Shown here: positions 1 through 10,600 of the stretch, in pieces | Numbering within the stretch: the stretch's first letter is position 1 | How the letters are laid out: each line of letters begins with the position of its first letter | DNA from: Bilabrum cf. latius | Lineage: Eukaryota | Direction: 5' to 3' | Length of the DNA stretch: 64,000 nucleotides | Assembly (NCBI GenBank): GCA_965178125.1 | Contig: OZ237742.1 | Coordinates: 868,001-932,000, forward strand | Made by a program: the position numbers and the translations under genes | The notes under the pieces: model-generated | What the model saw: only the letters and a program-made list of their open reading frames with translations | Database searches by the model: none | What the model was told of the DNA's origin: nothing

Positions 1-464
1 GCGGTCTCATGGCGTCAAGCGAGGAGGATGCCATGTCCGCAGGGTCTGATATTGGCGATGAGCTGTCATGCGCAGACATAGATGAAACATCATGTGACGT
101 TGGAGAAGAGCTGGGAGAGAAGGAGGGCGCCAAGCTGGGATGGGAGGCCGGGTTCAGGGTCGGAGGGTACGTGGGTGGCGAGATCGGCAGGCGGGCGGGA
201 GCAAAGGCTGGCACTGAGCATGGCAGTGAAGTAGCATACAACATCGCTTCCGATCACTTCGATGGAAGTGACAATACATGTATGGGCGAAGCAAGTGGGT
301 GGGCCTAGGAAGGCTTTCTGGACAAGCAGGGCAAGGACAAGGCGTGGCTGGCGCAGCTGTGCAAGGACAAGCCGTGGCTGGATTACAAAGAGATTGTGTG
401 GTATTGGGATGAGCAGGAGAGAGAAGAGAAGCAGTCCGAGGAAGCCCCGTCCAAGGAAGCGTGA
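1..464 (+). CDS. Tandem-array glycine-zipper protein, copy A (5' truncated by the window edge); TAG at 306 read as Q
   Basis: The frame of ORF 9..308 continues through TAG into EGFLDKQGKDKAWLAQLCKDKPWLDY...SKEA-TGA, matching the other copies. Confidence 0.85.
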
Positions 465-1149
465 TGGGCTCACTGGCACCTTGGGATGCAGCAGCCTGCG
501 TTCCATGACCGGTCTTGCACTGGCCAATTCTGTACAATGTGGTAAACTACTCGCCATCCTTGCCCGAGCAAGGTCCCTCGATCTAGCACCTCACCACCTC
601 ACCCATAGCCACAGCATATCAGCGGCCTACTCCCTCCACCTGCTGGTGGTGTGTGCCAGAGGCAGGCCCTCAGCGCCTCGACTTGTTGAGTGCACACGGG
701 ACGCCAAGGACATGGAGGAGGAGGATGATACCCTTGCAGGGCTGAGGCTGGTCATTGCTAGCCACTGTGCAGCCGCGCCAGTGCCAGTCCGCATCAGGCT
801 CACCGGCCAGGCCGGGACCAGCCAGCCAGCCAGGCAGTCCAACAGCTCGGCGGTAAATGCACGCAACAACGCCGAGCGGAGCGAGGTCCTCGAGCCGTCC
901 CGAACACACACCACTGGCAGAAGCCAAACCAGAGACTGTGAGTGTACAAGAAACGATTTCGATTCATATCATTCGATTTGGTCTGAATGCTCCATCTGTT
1001 GCCTAGAATCGAATCACAGTTGAATAGAGATGATCTGCTGCGACTTGATGATGCTCGCTCCTCGCCGATCCTCGCAGTGCCTGTGTTATCCCACCACAGG
1101 CAAGCTACTTGCGATCGCGTCCTTGTCACGTTGTCGAAATAGCATCATC

Positions 1150-2358
1150 ATGCGGATCGGCATCGACACTCTAGCCCGACACGCCGGTCGAAGGATGGCT
1201 CAAGCAATCAAGGGCAGGACAGCCAGCGGCATGATGATGATGCCTCGCCAGCTCTGCATGCGGTCCATCGCCGGATCGGCCAGAGCTCTCCATACCATTG
1301 ACACGCCCCAGCATGACCCGCACACCGAGCCACATCTAGACTCGCAAGACGCCCAAAGCCCGGTCGTCGACCTCCCAAGCCCAGGCAGCCAGGACCACGT
1401 GATGCAGGCGGCCAGCCAGGCCCTGGGCTCCCTGCAAGAGGCATCAGCCAGCGCCAGCGAGGCTGTGGCACGCATGGATGCATTCGTCGCCGCCGCCGAG
1501 ACAGCCGCGCCCGCCCATCAGGCGCTGGCGGCGGCCGAGGAGGCGGTGCGGGCGTCGATGAAATGCATGGAGCTGGACGGGAAGGCGAGCATGGCGGTTG
1601 ATCCAGGTGCGGCCAGCTCTGTGGGCCAGTATGTGGATGCGCTGGGCCCGGCGGAGGATGCGCTGAGGCAGGTGCGTGCGTCGGCAGAGAAGGCGGGCGC
1701 TGCTGCGGATGCGATGCTTCGTCACATGGAGGGTCTGGGCATGGAGGCGAGCCGGGCGGCGGGGGAGGAGGCCGGCAGTGGGGTGCTGTCTTGGGAAGAT
1801 GGGGACGAGGATGAGAAGGAAAAGGTAGAGGAAGAAATCAATTCAGCAATTAACGATGTATTGATGCTCAAATGCGAGCAGCGAGGATACGAGTGCGGTC
1901 TCATGACGTCAAACGTGTTTCATGCCTAGGATATTGGGTCTGATATTGGCGACCAGCTGTCATGCGCAGACATAGATGAAACATCATGTGAGGTAGGAAG
2001 AGAGCTGGGAGAGAAGGAGGGCGCCAAGCTGGGATGGGAGGCCGGGTTCAGGGTCGGAGGGTACGTGGGTGGCGAGATCGGCAGGCGGGCGGGAGCAGAG
2101 GCGGGCGCTGAGCATGGCAGTGTAGTAGCCTACAATGTTGGTTGGGAGCGGCGCTAGGATTGCAACAAGGACTTTATGAGTGCCGGCGAGTCGTCCGCTT
2201 TCAAAGGTTGGCATGATAAGCAGGGCAAGGACAAGGCGTGGCTGGCGCAGCTGTGCAAGGACAAGCCGTGGCTGGACTACGAAGAGATTGTGGAGTATTG
2301 GGATGAGCAGGAGAGAGAAGAGAAGCAGTCCGAGGAAGCCCCGTCCAAGGAAGCGTGA
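1150..2358 (+). CDS. Tandem-array glycine-zipper protein, copy B (~402 aa; possible mitochondrial presequence); TAG at 1927 and 2155 read as Q
   Basis: ATG 1150 (MRIGIDTLARHAGRRMAQAIKGR...RALHT) stays in one frame to TGA 2356-2358, with only TAG interruptions. Confidence 0.85.
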
Positions 2359-3043
2359 TGGGCTCACTGGCATCTTGGGATGCAGCAGCCTGCGTTCCAT
2401 GACCGGACTTGCACTGGCCAATTCTGTACAATGTGGCAAACTACTCGCCATCCTTGCCCGAGCAAGGTCCCTCGATCTAGCACCTCACCACCTCACCCAT
2501 AGCCACAGCATATCAGCGGCCTACTCCCTCCACCTGCTGGTGGTGTGTGCCAGAGGCAGGCCCTCAGCGCCTCGACTTGTTGAGTGCACACGGGGCGCCA
2601 AGGACATGGAGGAGGAGGATGATACCCTTGCAGGGCTGAGGCTGGTCATTGCTAGCCACTGTGCAGCCGCGCCAGTGCCAGTCCGCATCAGGCTCACCGG
2701 CCAGGCCGGGACCAGCCAGCCAGCCAGGCAGTCCAACAGCTCGGCGATAAATGCACGCAACAACGCCGAGCGGAGCGAGGTCCTCGAGCAATCTCGAACA
2801 CACACCACTGGCAGAAGCCAAATCAGAGACTGTGAGTGTACAAGAAACGATTTCGATTCATATCATTCGATTTGGTCTGAATGCTCCATCTGTTGCCTAG
2901 AATCGAATCACAGTTGAATAGAGATGATCTGCTGCGACTTGATGATGCTCGCTCCTCGCCGATCCTCGCAGTGCCTGTGTTATCCCACCACAGGCAAGCT
3001 ACTTGCGATCGCGTCCTTGTCACGTTGTCGAAATAGCATCATC

Positions 3044-4252
3044 ATGCGGATCGGCATCGACACTCTAGCCCGACACGCCGGTCGAAGGATGGCTCAAGCA
3101 ATCAAGGGCAGGACAGCCAGCGGCATGATGACGATGCCTCGCCAGCTCTGCATGCGGTCCATCGCCGGATCGGCCAGAGCTCTCCATACCATTGACACAC
3201 CCCAGCATGACCCGCACACCGAGCCACATTCAGACTCGCAAGACGCCCAAAGCCCGGTCGTCGACCTCCCAAGCCCAGGCAGCCAGGACCACGTGATGCA
3301 GGCGGCCAGCCAGGCCCTGGGCTCCCTGCAAGAGGCATCAGCCAGCGCCAGCGAGGCTGTGGCACGCATGGATGCATTCGTCGCCGCCGCCGAGACAGCC
3401 GCGCCCGCCCATCAGGCGCTGGCGACGGCCGAGGAGGCGGTGCGGGCGTCGATGAAATGCATGGAGCTGGACGGGAAGGCGAGCATGGCGGTTGATCCAG
3501 GTGCGGCCAGCTCTGTGGGCCAGTATGTGGATGCGCTGGGCCCGGCGGAGGATGCGCTGAGGCAGGTGCGTGCGTCGGCAGAGAAGGCGGGCGCTGCTGC
3601 GGATGCGATGCTTCGTCACATGGAGGGTCTGGGCTTGGAGGCGAGCCGGGCGGCGGGGGAGGAGGCCGGCAGTGGGGTGCTGTCTTGGGAAGATGGGGAT
3701 GAGAAGCAGAAGGAAAAGGTAGAAGATATCATATTCGATAAAATCTATCACCGACTAGAAGTGAAGTGCGAGCAGCAGGGATACGCGTGCGGTCTCATGG
3801 CGTCAAGCGAGGAGGATGCCATGTCCGCAGGGTCTGAGATTGGCGATGAGCTGTCATGCGCAGACATAGATGAAACATCATGTGACGTTGGAGAAGAGCT
3901 GGGAGAGAAGGAGGGCGCCAAGCTGGGATGGGAGGCCGGGTTCAGGGTCGGAGGGTACGTGGGTGGCGAGATCGGCAGGCGGGCGGGAGCAAAGGCTGGC
4001 ACTGAGCATGGCAGTGAAGTAGCATACAACATCGCTTCCGATCACTTCGATGGAAGTGACAATACATGTATGGGCGAAGCAAGTGGATCGGCCTAGGAAG
4101 GCTTTCTGGACAAGCAGGGCAAGGACAAGGCGTGGCTGGCGCAGCTGTGCAAGGACAAGCCGTGGCTGGATTACAAAGAGATTGTGTGGTATTGGGATGA
4201 GCAGGAGAGAGAAGAGAAGCAGTCCGAGGAAGCCTCGTCCAAGGAAGCGTGA
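3044..4252 (+). CDS. Tandem-array glycine-zipper protein, copy A' (~402 aa); TAG at 4094 read as Q
   Basis: Same layout as copy B shifted by 1894. Its variable segments nearly match copy A where they can be compared. Confidence 0.85.
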
Positions 4253-4937
4253 TGGGCTCACTGGCACCTTGGGATGCAGCAGCCTGCGTTCCATGACCGG
4301 ACTTGCACTGGCCAATTCTGTACAATGTGGCAAACTACTTGCCATCCTTGCCCGAGCAAGGTCCCTCGATCTAGCTCCCCACCACCTCACCCATAGTCAC
4401 AGCATATCAGCGGCCTACTCCCTCCACCTGCTGGTGGTGTGTGCCAGAGGCAGGCCCTCAGCGCCTCGACTTGTTGAGTGCACACGGGGCGCCAAGGACA
4501 TGGAGGAGGAGGATGATACCCGTGCAGGGCTGAGGCTGGTCTTTGCTAGCCACTGTGCAGCCGCGCCAGTGCCAGTCCGTATCAGGCTCACCGGCCAGGC
4601 CGGGACCAGCCAGCCAGCCAGGCGGTCCAACAGCTCGGCGATAAATGCACGCAACAACGCCGAGCGGAGCGAGCACCTCGAGCCGTCCCGAACACACACC
4701 ACTGGCAGAAGCCAAATCAGAGACTGTGAGTGTATGAGAAACGATTTCGATTCATATCGTTCGATTTGGTCTGAATGCGCAATCTGTTGCCTCGAATCGA
4801 ATCACAGTGGAATAGAGATGATCTGCTGCGACTTGATGATGCTCGCTCCTCGCCGATCCTCGCAGTGCCTGTGTTATCCCACCACAGGCAAGCTACTTGC
4901 GATCGCGTCCTTGTCACGTTGTCGAAATAGCATCATC

Positions 4938-6131
4938 ATGCGGATCGGCATCAACACTCTAGCCCGACACGCCGGTCGACGGATGGCTCAAGCAATCAAG
5001 GGCAGGACAGCCAGCGGCATGATGACGATGCCTCGCCAGCTCTGCAAGCGGTCCATCGCCGGATCGGCCAGAGCTCTCCATACCATTGACACACCCCAGC
5101 ATGACCCGCACACCGAGCCACATCCAGACTCGCAAGACGCCCAAAGCCCGGTCGTCGACCTCCCAAGCCCAGGCAGCCAGGACCACGTGATGCAGGCGGC
5201 CAGCCAGGCCCTGGGCTCCCTGCAAGAGGCATCAGCCAGCGCCAGCGAGGCTGTGGCACGCATGGATGCATTCGTCGCCGCCGCCGAGACAGCCGCGCCC
5301 GCCCATCAGGCGCTGGCGGCGGCCGAGGAGGCGGTGCGGGCGTCGATGAAATGCATGGAGCTGGACGGGAAGGCGAGCATGGCGGTTGATCCAGGTGCGG
5401 CCAGCTCTGTGGGCCAGTATGTGGATGCGCTGGGCCCGGCGGAGGATGCGCTGAGGCAGGTGCGTGCGTCGGCAGAGAAGGCGGGCGCTGCTGCGGATGC
5501 GATGCTTCGTCACATGGAGGGTCTGGGCTTGGAGGCGAGCCGGGCGGCGGGGGAGGAGGCCGGCAGGGGGGTGCTGCCTTGGGAAGATGGGGATGATAAG
5601 GAAACGGAAGAGGTAGTGGAACAAATCAATTCAGCAATCGACCATGTATTGAAGCTCAAATGCGAGCAGCGAGGGTACGCGTACGGACTTGGGGCCTCAA
5701 GCGAGGAAGATGCCGAAGAAATTGGGTCTGAGATTGGCGATGAGCTGTCAAGCGCAGACATAGACGAAACATCATGTGAGGTTGGAGAAGAGCTGGGAGA
5801 GAAGGAGGGCGCCAAGCTGGGATGGGAGGCCGGGTTCAGGGTCGGAGGGTACGTGGGTGGCGAGATCGGCAGGCGGGCGGGCGCAAAGGCTGGCGCTGAG
5901 CATGGCAGTGAAGTAGCATACGAAGTCGGTGACAGTCTACGCTACGATGAGAACAAGCATTACATGGGAATTGGAAAGTGGTCCGCTGTTGAAGGTTGGC
6001 AGGACAAGCAGGGCAAGGACAGGGCGTGGCTGGCGCAGCTGTGCAAGGACAAGCCGTGGCTGGACTACGAAGAGATTGTGGAGTATTGGGATGAGTAGGA
6101 GGCGGATAAAAATCAGTCCAATGAGACGTAA
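4938..6131 (+). CDS. Tandem-array glycine-zipper protein, copy C (~397 aa); TAG at 6096 read as Q; ends at TAA
   Basis: TAG 6096 aligns with CAG in the other copies. The frame continues EADKNQSNET to TAA 6129-6131. Confidence 0.8.
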
Positions 6132-6279
6132 CAGCTTGGGCTGATATATCATCGGGTAGTTTTGGTTTGTAGACGCGCTATGCTTGTATGAGCGGGCAGG
6201 CGGATGCGATGTTGTTCTCAATATCAAGCGACGTGCAAGCTGTTCATGCCTAATACGAACGAGCTGTTCAAATACACCC

Positions 6280-7482
6280 TCATATGGCACCGCCCAGCAT
6301 GGTTTCTACAACAAGGAACAACACGGCGGCGTTCGGCACGACTCTGATGAGGTGAGCTGGCATGCCCCCGTAGAGACCAGCCATCCCCTCCTCCCTCGCG
6401 ACTCGGACCAGGCAGTGCGCCACCCCGCGGTACCTCGCCTTGCTCCCAGACTCCCTCTGTTCCCTCATTCTAGTGCGGATCACTTCCTGGGGATAAACCG
6501 AAGCCGCGGCCACCAGCTTGGCCCCCGCCCCGAGCACAACTGCCTCAAGCCCACCGAATCGGTGCGCGGCGCGCGCCTGGGCTGGGGTCATGCCCTTCGG
6601 TGAAAGAGAAGAATATCCAGCTGTAGTGGTGCTGGCAGTGGCAAGGCCACCCTCGGTCATGGACACGTCTGGGTACTTGACGTGCAGGTAGCCCGCCTTG
6701 AGCTGCTGGTACAGAGCGAACTGAATCATGGATTCCGCAGCCCCGAGATACGACGCCGTTAGGCCTCTATAGAATCCAGTTATACCTTCCTCTTTGTAAA
6801 TTGACTTGAACGCGTGCCACAAGCCAGTGTAGTTAGTTCGTTTAGCCGCGGTGGACAGCCATCTTCGCCGCAGTACTGCTAGAGGGCCGACACCATCACC
6901 GCGTATCCCCTATCGCCACGTTGAAACAGTTAAATGCTGAGAAGCACGCAATTGCGATGGTATCTGGGATTCTACTGCGCTTGAGCGGCACAGTCTGCCT
7001 GTAGCAGTGCTGAACGAGCGTTTGCTGTTGCCGCCCGCTTTACTCCATTTGGCTACGCCAAGGCTTTCTGCATCCTGCTAAAGCTATAATCGCGTCTTGA
7101 CAACCCAGATAGGAGACGTAGCTGTTGCTGCAGCAAAACTTCCGATGCACGCAGCCAATGCGTGCTGTGTTGTGCCAATGATGCCAACTGATGCGAGTGC
7201 TTGCTTGGTTTTGTTGTATGCGTAGAACTAGCAGGCCCGAGCAGGGCCTACTCCAATGATAGAAGCGCCAACTCCTCGAAAGAGGCCTATTGGCCCCTCT
7301 TGCTTGACGATCTATCGCAAGATTCGGTCAACGCGCATGTTCCTTACTTCTGCAGTCACTCCAGCGGATTGCTGCCTCGTCTTGACTATCTCCAGCCAGT
7401 TAGTGGATATTGCTGCAGCTGTTCCACCAATTAGGCCGGCAAAGAAGTGGTCCATGTCGGATGGCTTCTTGGAGGAGGCCAT
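6280..7482 (-). CDS. Mitochondrial carrier, Rim2/SLC25A33/36 (pyrimidine nucleotide carrier)-like, ~400 aa; 5 TAG=Q
   Basis: Three carrier repeats in one frame: TNWLEIVKTRQQ, SPIWVVKTRL*L*, YPQEVIRTRMRE, plus EG..GLFRG/GFYRG/GLYGG motifs. TAGs at 7312, 7228, 7084, 7078, 6910; TGA at 6280. Confidence 0.92.
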
Positions 7483-7617
7483 GGTGGAAGTGATGAGCCG
7501 CAAAGTGCAACCGCGGCATGACCGGAACCACCCGGTCTGGGCACATCCCCCTCCGAGGCTCTTAGTTGTGATCGAAGCAGCGTATGAGAAGCTATACGCA
7601 GCAAATGAATTCAAACT

Positions 7618-10600
7618 TCACATGCCTGGTGGGGCGCTGCTGGCAGCTGCGGACGCAGGTTTCGCCACGGGCACCTTGTCGTCCCCAGCTGCAGCAGCCC
7701 CACCACCTGCACTTGCTGATGCTGCCGGCCGTCCATCACTGTCCCGTCCCTTCAACTTTACTCCCTTATCCTCCACCTTACTTTCTACGTCTGGTCTCCC
7801 CGCTGCCTCCACCAGCCCAAATGCTCTCTTATTGTTGGCCTCGAGTTGGGCGAGCGGGACCCCCATCTCGATCCCTTCGAACCGAGCGACTGCTCGGTAC
7901 AAAGGGAGCACCAACGCGGTCGCAAATCCGGAGGAACTCCTAGGCTTGGGCACCGGGCCCTTTCTGTCATTCATGGGCCCGATGGGCAGCTCCCTCTCCT
8001 TCTCCTAGTCCCCCTGCAGCCAGAACTCCTGGGTCACCAGGTCCGTCCAACGGGTGTTGAGTGTCCAGTCCCTCGCCGGGTTGGAGATGTCAAAGGCGTG
8101 CAGGATGGCACCCATGAAAAGCGACTCGTCCTTCGAACCGAACTCAACGGCTAATTTTTGAGAGACCCCCTCGCCATCGGCGCCCGCCCCAGGACCCCCA
8201 CCCTCGCTTTCCCCTGCCTCCACTTCTGCTTCGATTCGATCCAGTGCGTCCTCCAGCGCGCCAACCATCTGGAAGTGCCCCGCGTTATCCGTGTGCAGAA
8301 CCATAGAGGTGATCAGCTTGCGGCACTGCGCGTGCGTGGAGGGGTCGTGGCACGCGTCACCGAGCACGTCGGCATCGGAGCAGTCCCTCATGAGGAAGAA
8401 GAGCGTGGCGCAGTGCATGTTCTCCAAGGGACTCTGGTCGTTGTACCTCAGAGCAAGGTCGTGCTGAGTCGCAGTCAGGAAGGGGTTGTTCACCCCGAGG
8501 TGGCCAGCGTCGTGCGTGGCTGCGGCCAGCACCATGCACAACGAGGACCGCGGGTTGATGTGTTCCCTCAGCTTGCCCCCGCACAGCCCAAATAGCACAC
8601 CCATGGTCACATCGGCAGCATGCAACGCGTTGTGGTAGGGATTGGCCCTAGAGTAGCGGCTCGCGATCTCGCGGCCGAGGTTCCGGGCCGTGGTCGGCTT
8701 GATCCCGAACTTGCCGGCACCAGCCACCTCCATGAGCCCGCCGTAGCATGCAGCGACCAACGTCTCGTGCCCCACGCTCCTCCCCTTGGATCGGCCACCC
8801 GCCAGTTCCTCCAGCGACCAAGACATGAATCGCATGCCCAGCTCATCGTCTTCCTCCCCGCACCACCCAGACGACGCCACGGCGTGCCCGGACGAGGCCA
8901 GCCGGTGCCCCATGGATTCCAGTCGCTCGATCGTCTCTTTGCTCCTTTGGCCCGGGCCATGCAAGCAAGACTGGTCCGGGACGTACGTCTCCTTCACCCT
9001 GTTCCACATCATCTCCGCAGCGCTCTCGTCGGATGCTGACAGCCCGTGCATCCGCAGGATTACCCGGTTGGCCTCAAATATGTCAAACCCAAGCCAGTTG
9101 TTCCATCCGGGGCTCAGCACCTCCTTCTCCTGCTGCGCGATGGGCAGTTCGTACTGCATCGCAGCATCCCGAAGGGCGGGCATGGCCATACTCTCAGTGT
9201 GGAATATGATGCCTTCCGCGTGGACGCGCACGGCAGTCGCGGAGGAGCGTCGCCTGTCAGACACGCTCGTAGTGGAGGAAGCCGACCCGCGCGCCGCTCT
9301 GCCGGTGGACGAGCTCCTGCCCATGGCTGCCTTGAGCCTTCGTTTCGTACCTGCGATGCCTTTCTGGTAATCCTTATCACCACCAGCAGCAGCAGTAGCA
9401 GCGGCATCGTCGTTGCCACCGGCGGTACCTTGGTCACCGGACTTGTTCTCTAGCCCCGGCGGCTTGCCTCCGCCGAGCATGCTGCCCATCCGCATCACCT
9501 TGCCCACCAACTTGCCAACTGCCCGGAACTTTTCCTTTCCCGACAGCCTCACGCCGTACAATACGCCCTTGGATTGCTGCGTGGAAGTCGTCTGCTGCTC
9601 GAGAAAGGAGCGGGTGCGGCTGTCGATAGCAAAGGGCATCGAGGCTATCTCCATGTCGAGCGACGATCTCTTCCTGTGGATGCGGGCCTCCGATAGGCTA
9701 TCGCGCCTCGTTCTCGGCGTTGCAACTTCGGAGGGAGCTTCCACGAGCGGCTGGGCAAAGTTGTAAGGTGTAGTGCCTGCAAGCGGTCCGGCGCTGTGGA
9801 ACGAGGAAGTCTTGGAGTAGGCGCGGCCCCCTGAGGAATCGATATACTCTGCCGCCAGGACGTTTACTAGTGCGGCGAGGAGAGCGACGTCTTCTCCCGT
9901 GAAGGAGAGAGCGCTGCTACTGCTGTTACCGGCTGCACTTTCGCTGCCGCCTTCTCGTGCGACATTGGGCGCTCGACTCTTGCGCATGCCTGTGCGCCCA
10001 TCCTGTGGGGACTGTCCAGTCTATAGACCATCTCCCTGCGAAGCCGCGGAAGAAGCAGCGGCCTGGTCGCCTGTGCTTGCCTCCTTCCTCTCTGGAATAT
10101 CCGCGCTCCTGGATGGTGGATGGGCGCGCACGGCATCCGATCGGCGGTATGACACGCCAAAATCGGACGTTCGTCGCGGTCCGCGCGGCCTTGTTTGCTT
10201 CCCTGGCCCAAACAGACTGTGCTACAGCACTGTGCTTGCGGACTGCTGGCGGGTCATGACGGACTTCGATCCGCCAGTACCCGCGCCTGCGCCTGCACAC
10301 CCGAGCGTTTCTTGCTCCTGCTGCATGCGCAGCCGGAGCAGCCGCCTAGGCGCGGCGCCTCCACTTTTAGGTTCCGTAATTGCACCCCTGGTGCTCCGTG
10401 GCGTCGTGCGACCGCTTTCACCACCCCCTAGAGAATGGGACGCAGGCACACTGGGGGTCGGTGTGGGCAAGCCAAGCGAGGGCACGCTCACCCGCCTTCC
10501 CTGCGCCGAGACGATCTCGATCATACCACCGAGCCCGGGCCTGCTGAAAGTAGACCTCGCATCCAACGAGCTGCCCCGGCTTGTTCCCTGGCCGGAGTCC

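Larger units (their letters stand above)
1..6100. repeat. Tandem array, 1894-bp unit, at least 3.2 copies (runs off the left edge)
   Basis: Equivalent positions recur at an exact 1894 spacing: ATGs at 1150/3044/4938, TGA stops ending at 464/2358/4252, ORF-track starts 1030/2924. Similarity ends near 6100. Confidence 0.97.

Noticed and set aside
4050-4937. The 682-aa ORF 4050..6098 as a longer fusion protein
   Set aside because: Its 5' part overlaps the previous copy in another frame and crosses the spacer. It is open only because the TGA seen at 1021 and 2915 is GGA in this copy.
1804-6005. Diversity-generating retroelement behind the hypervariable segments
   Set aside because: No reverse transcriptase or template repeat is visible, and the differences are not confined to adenines.
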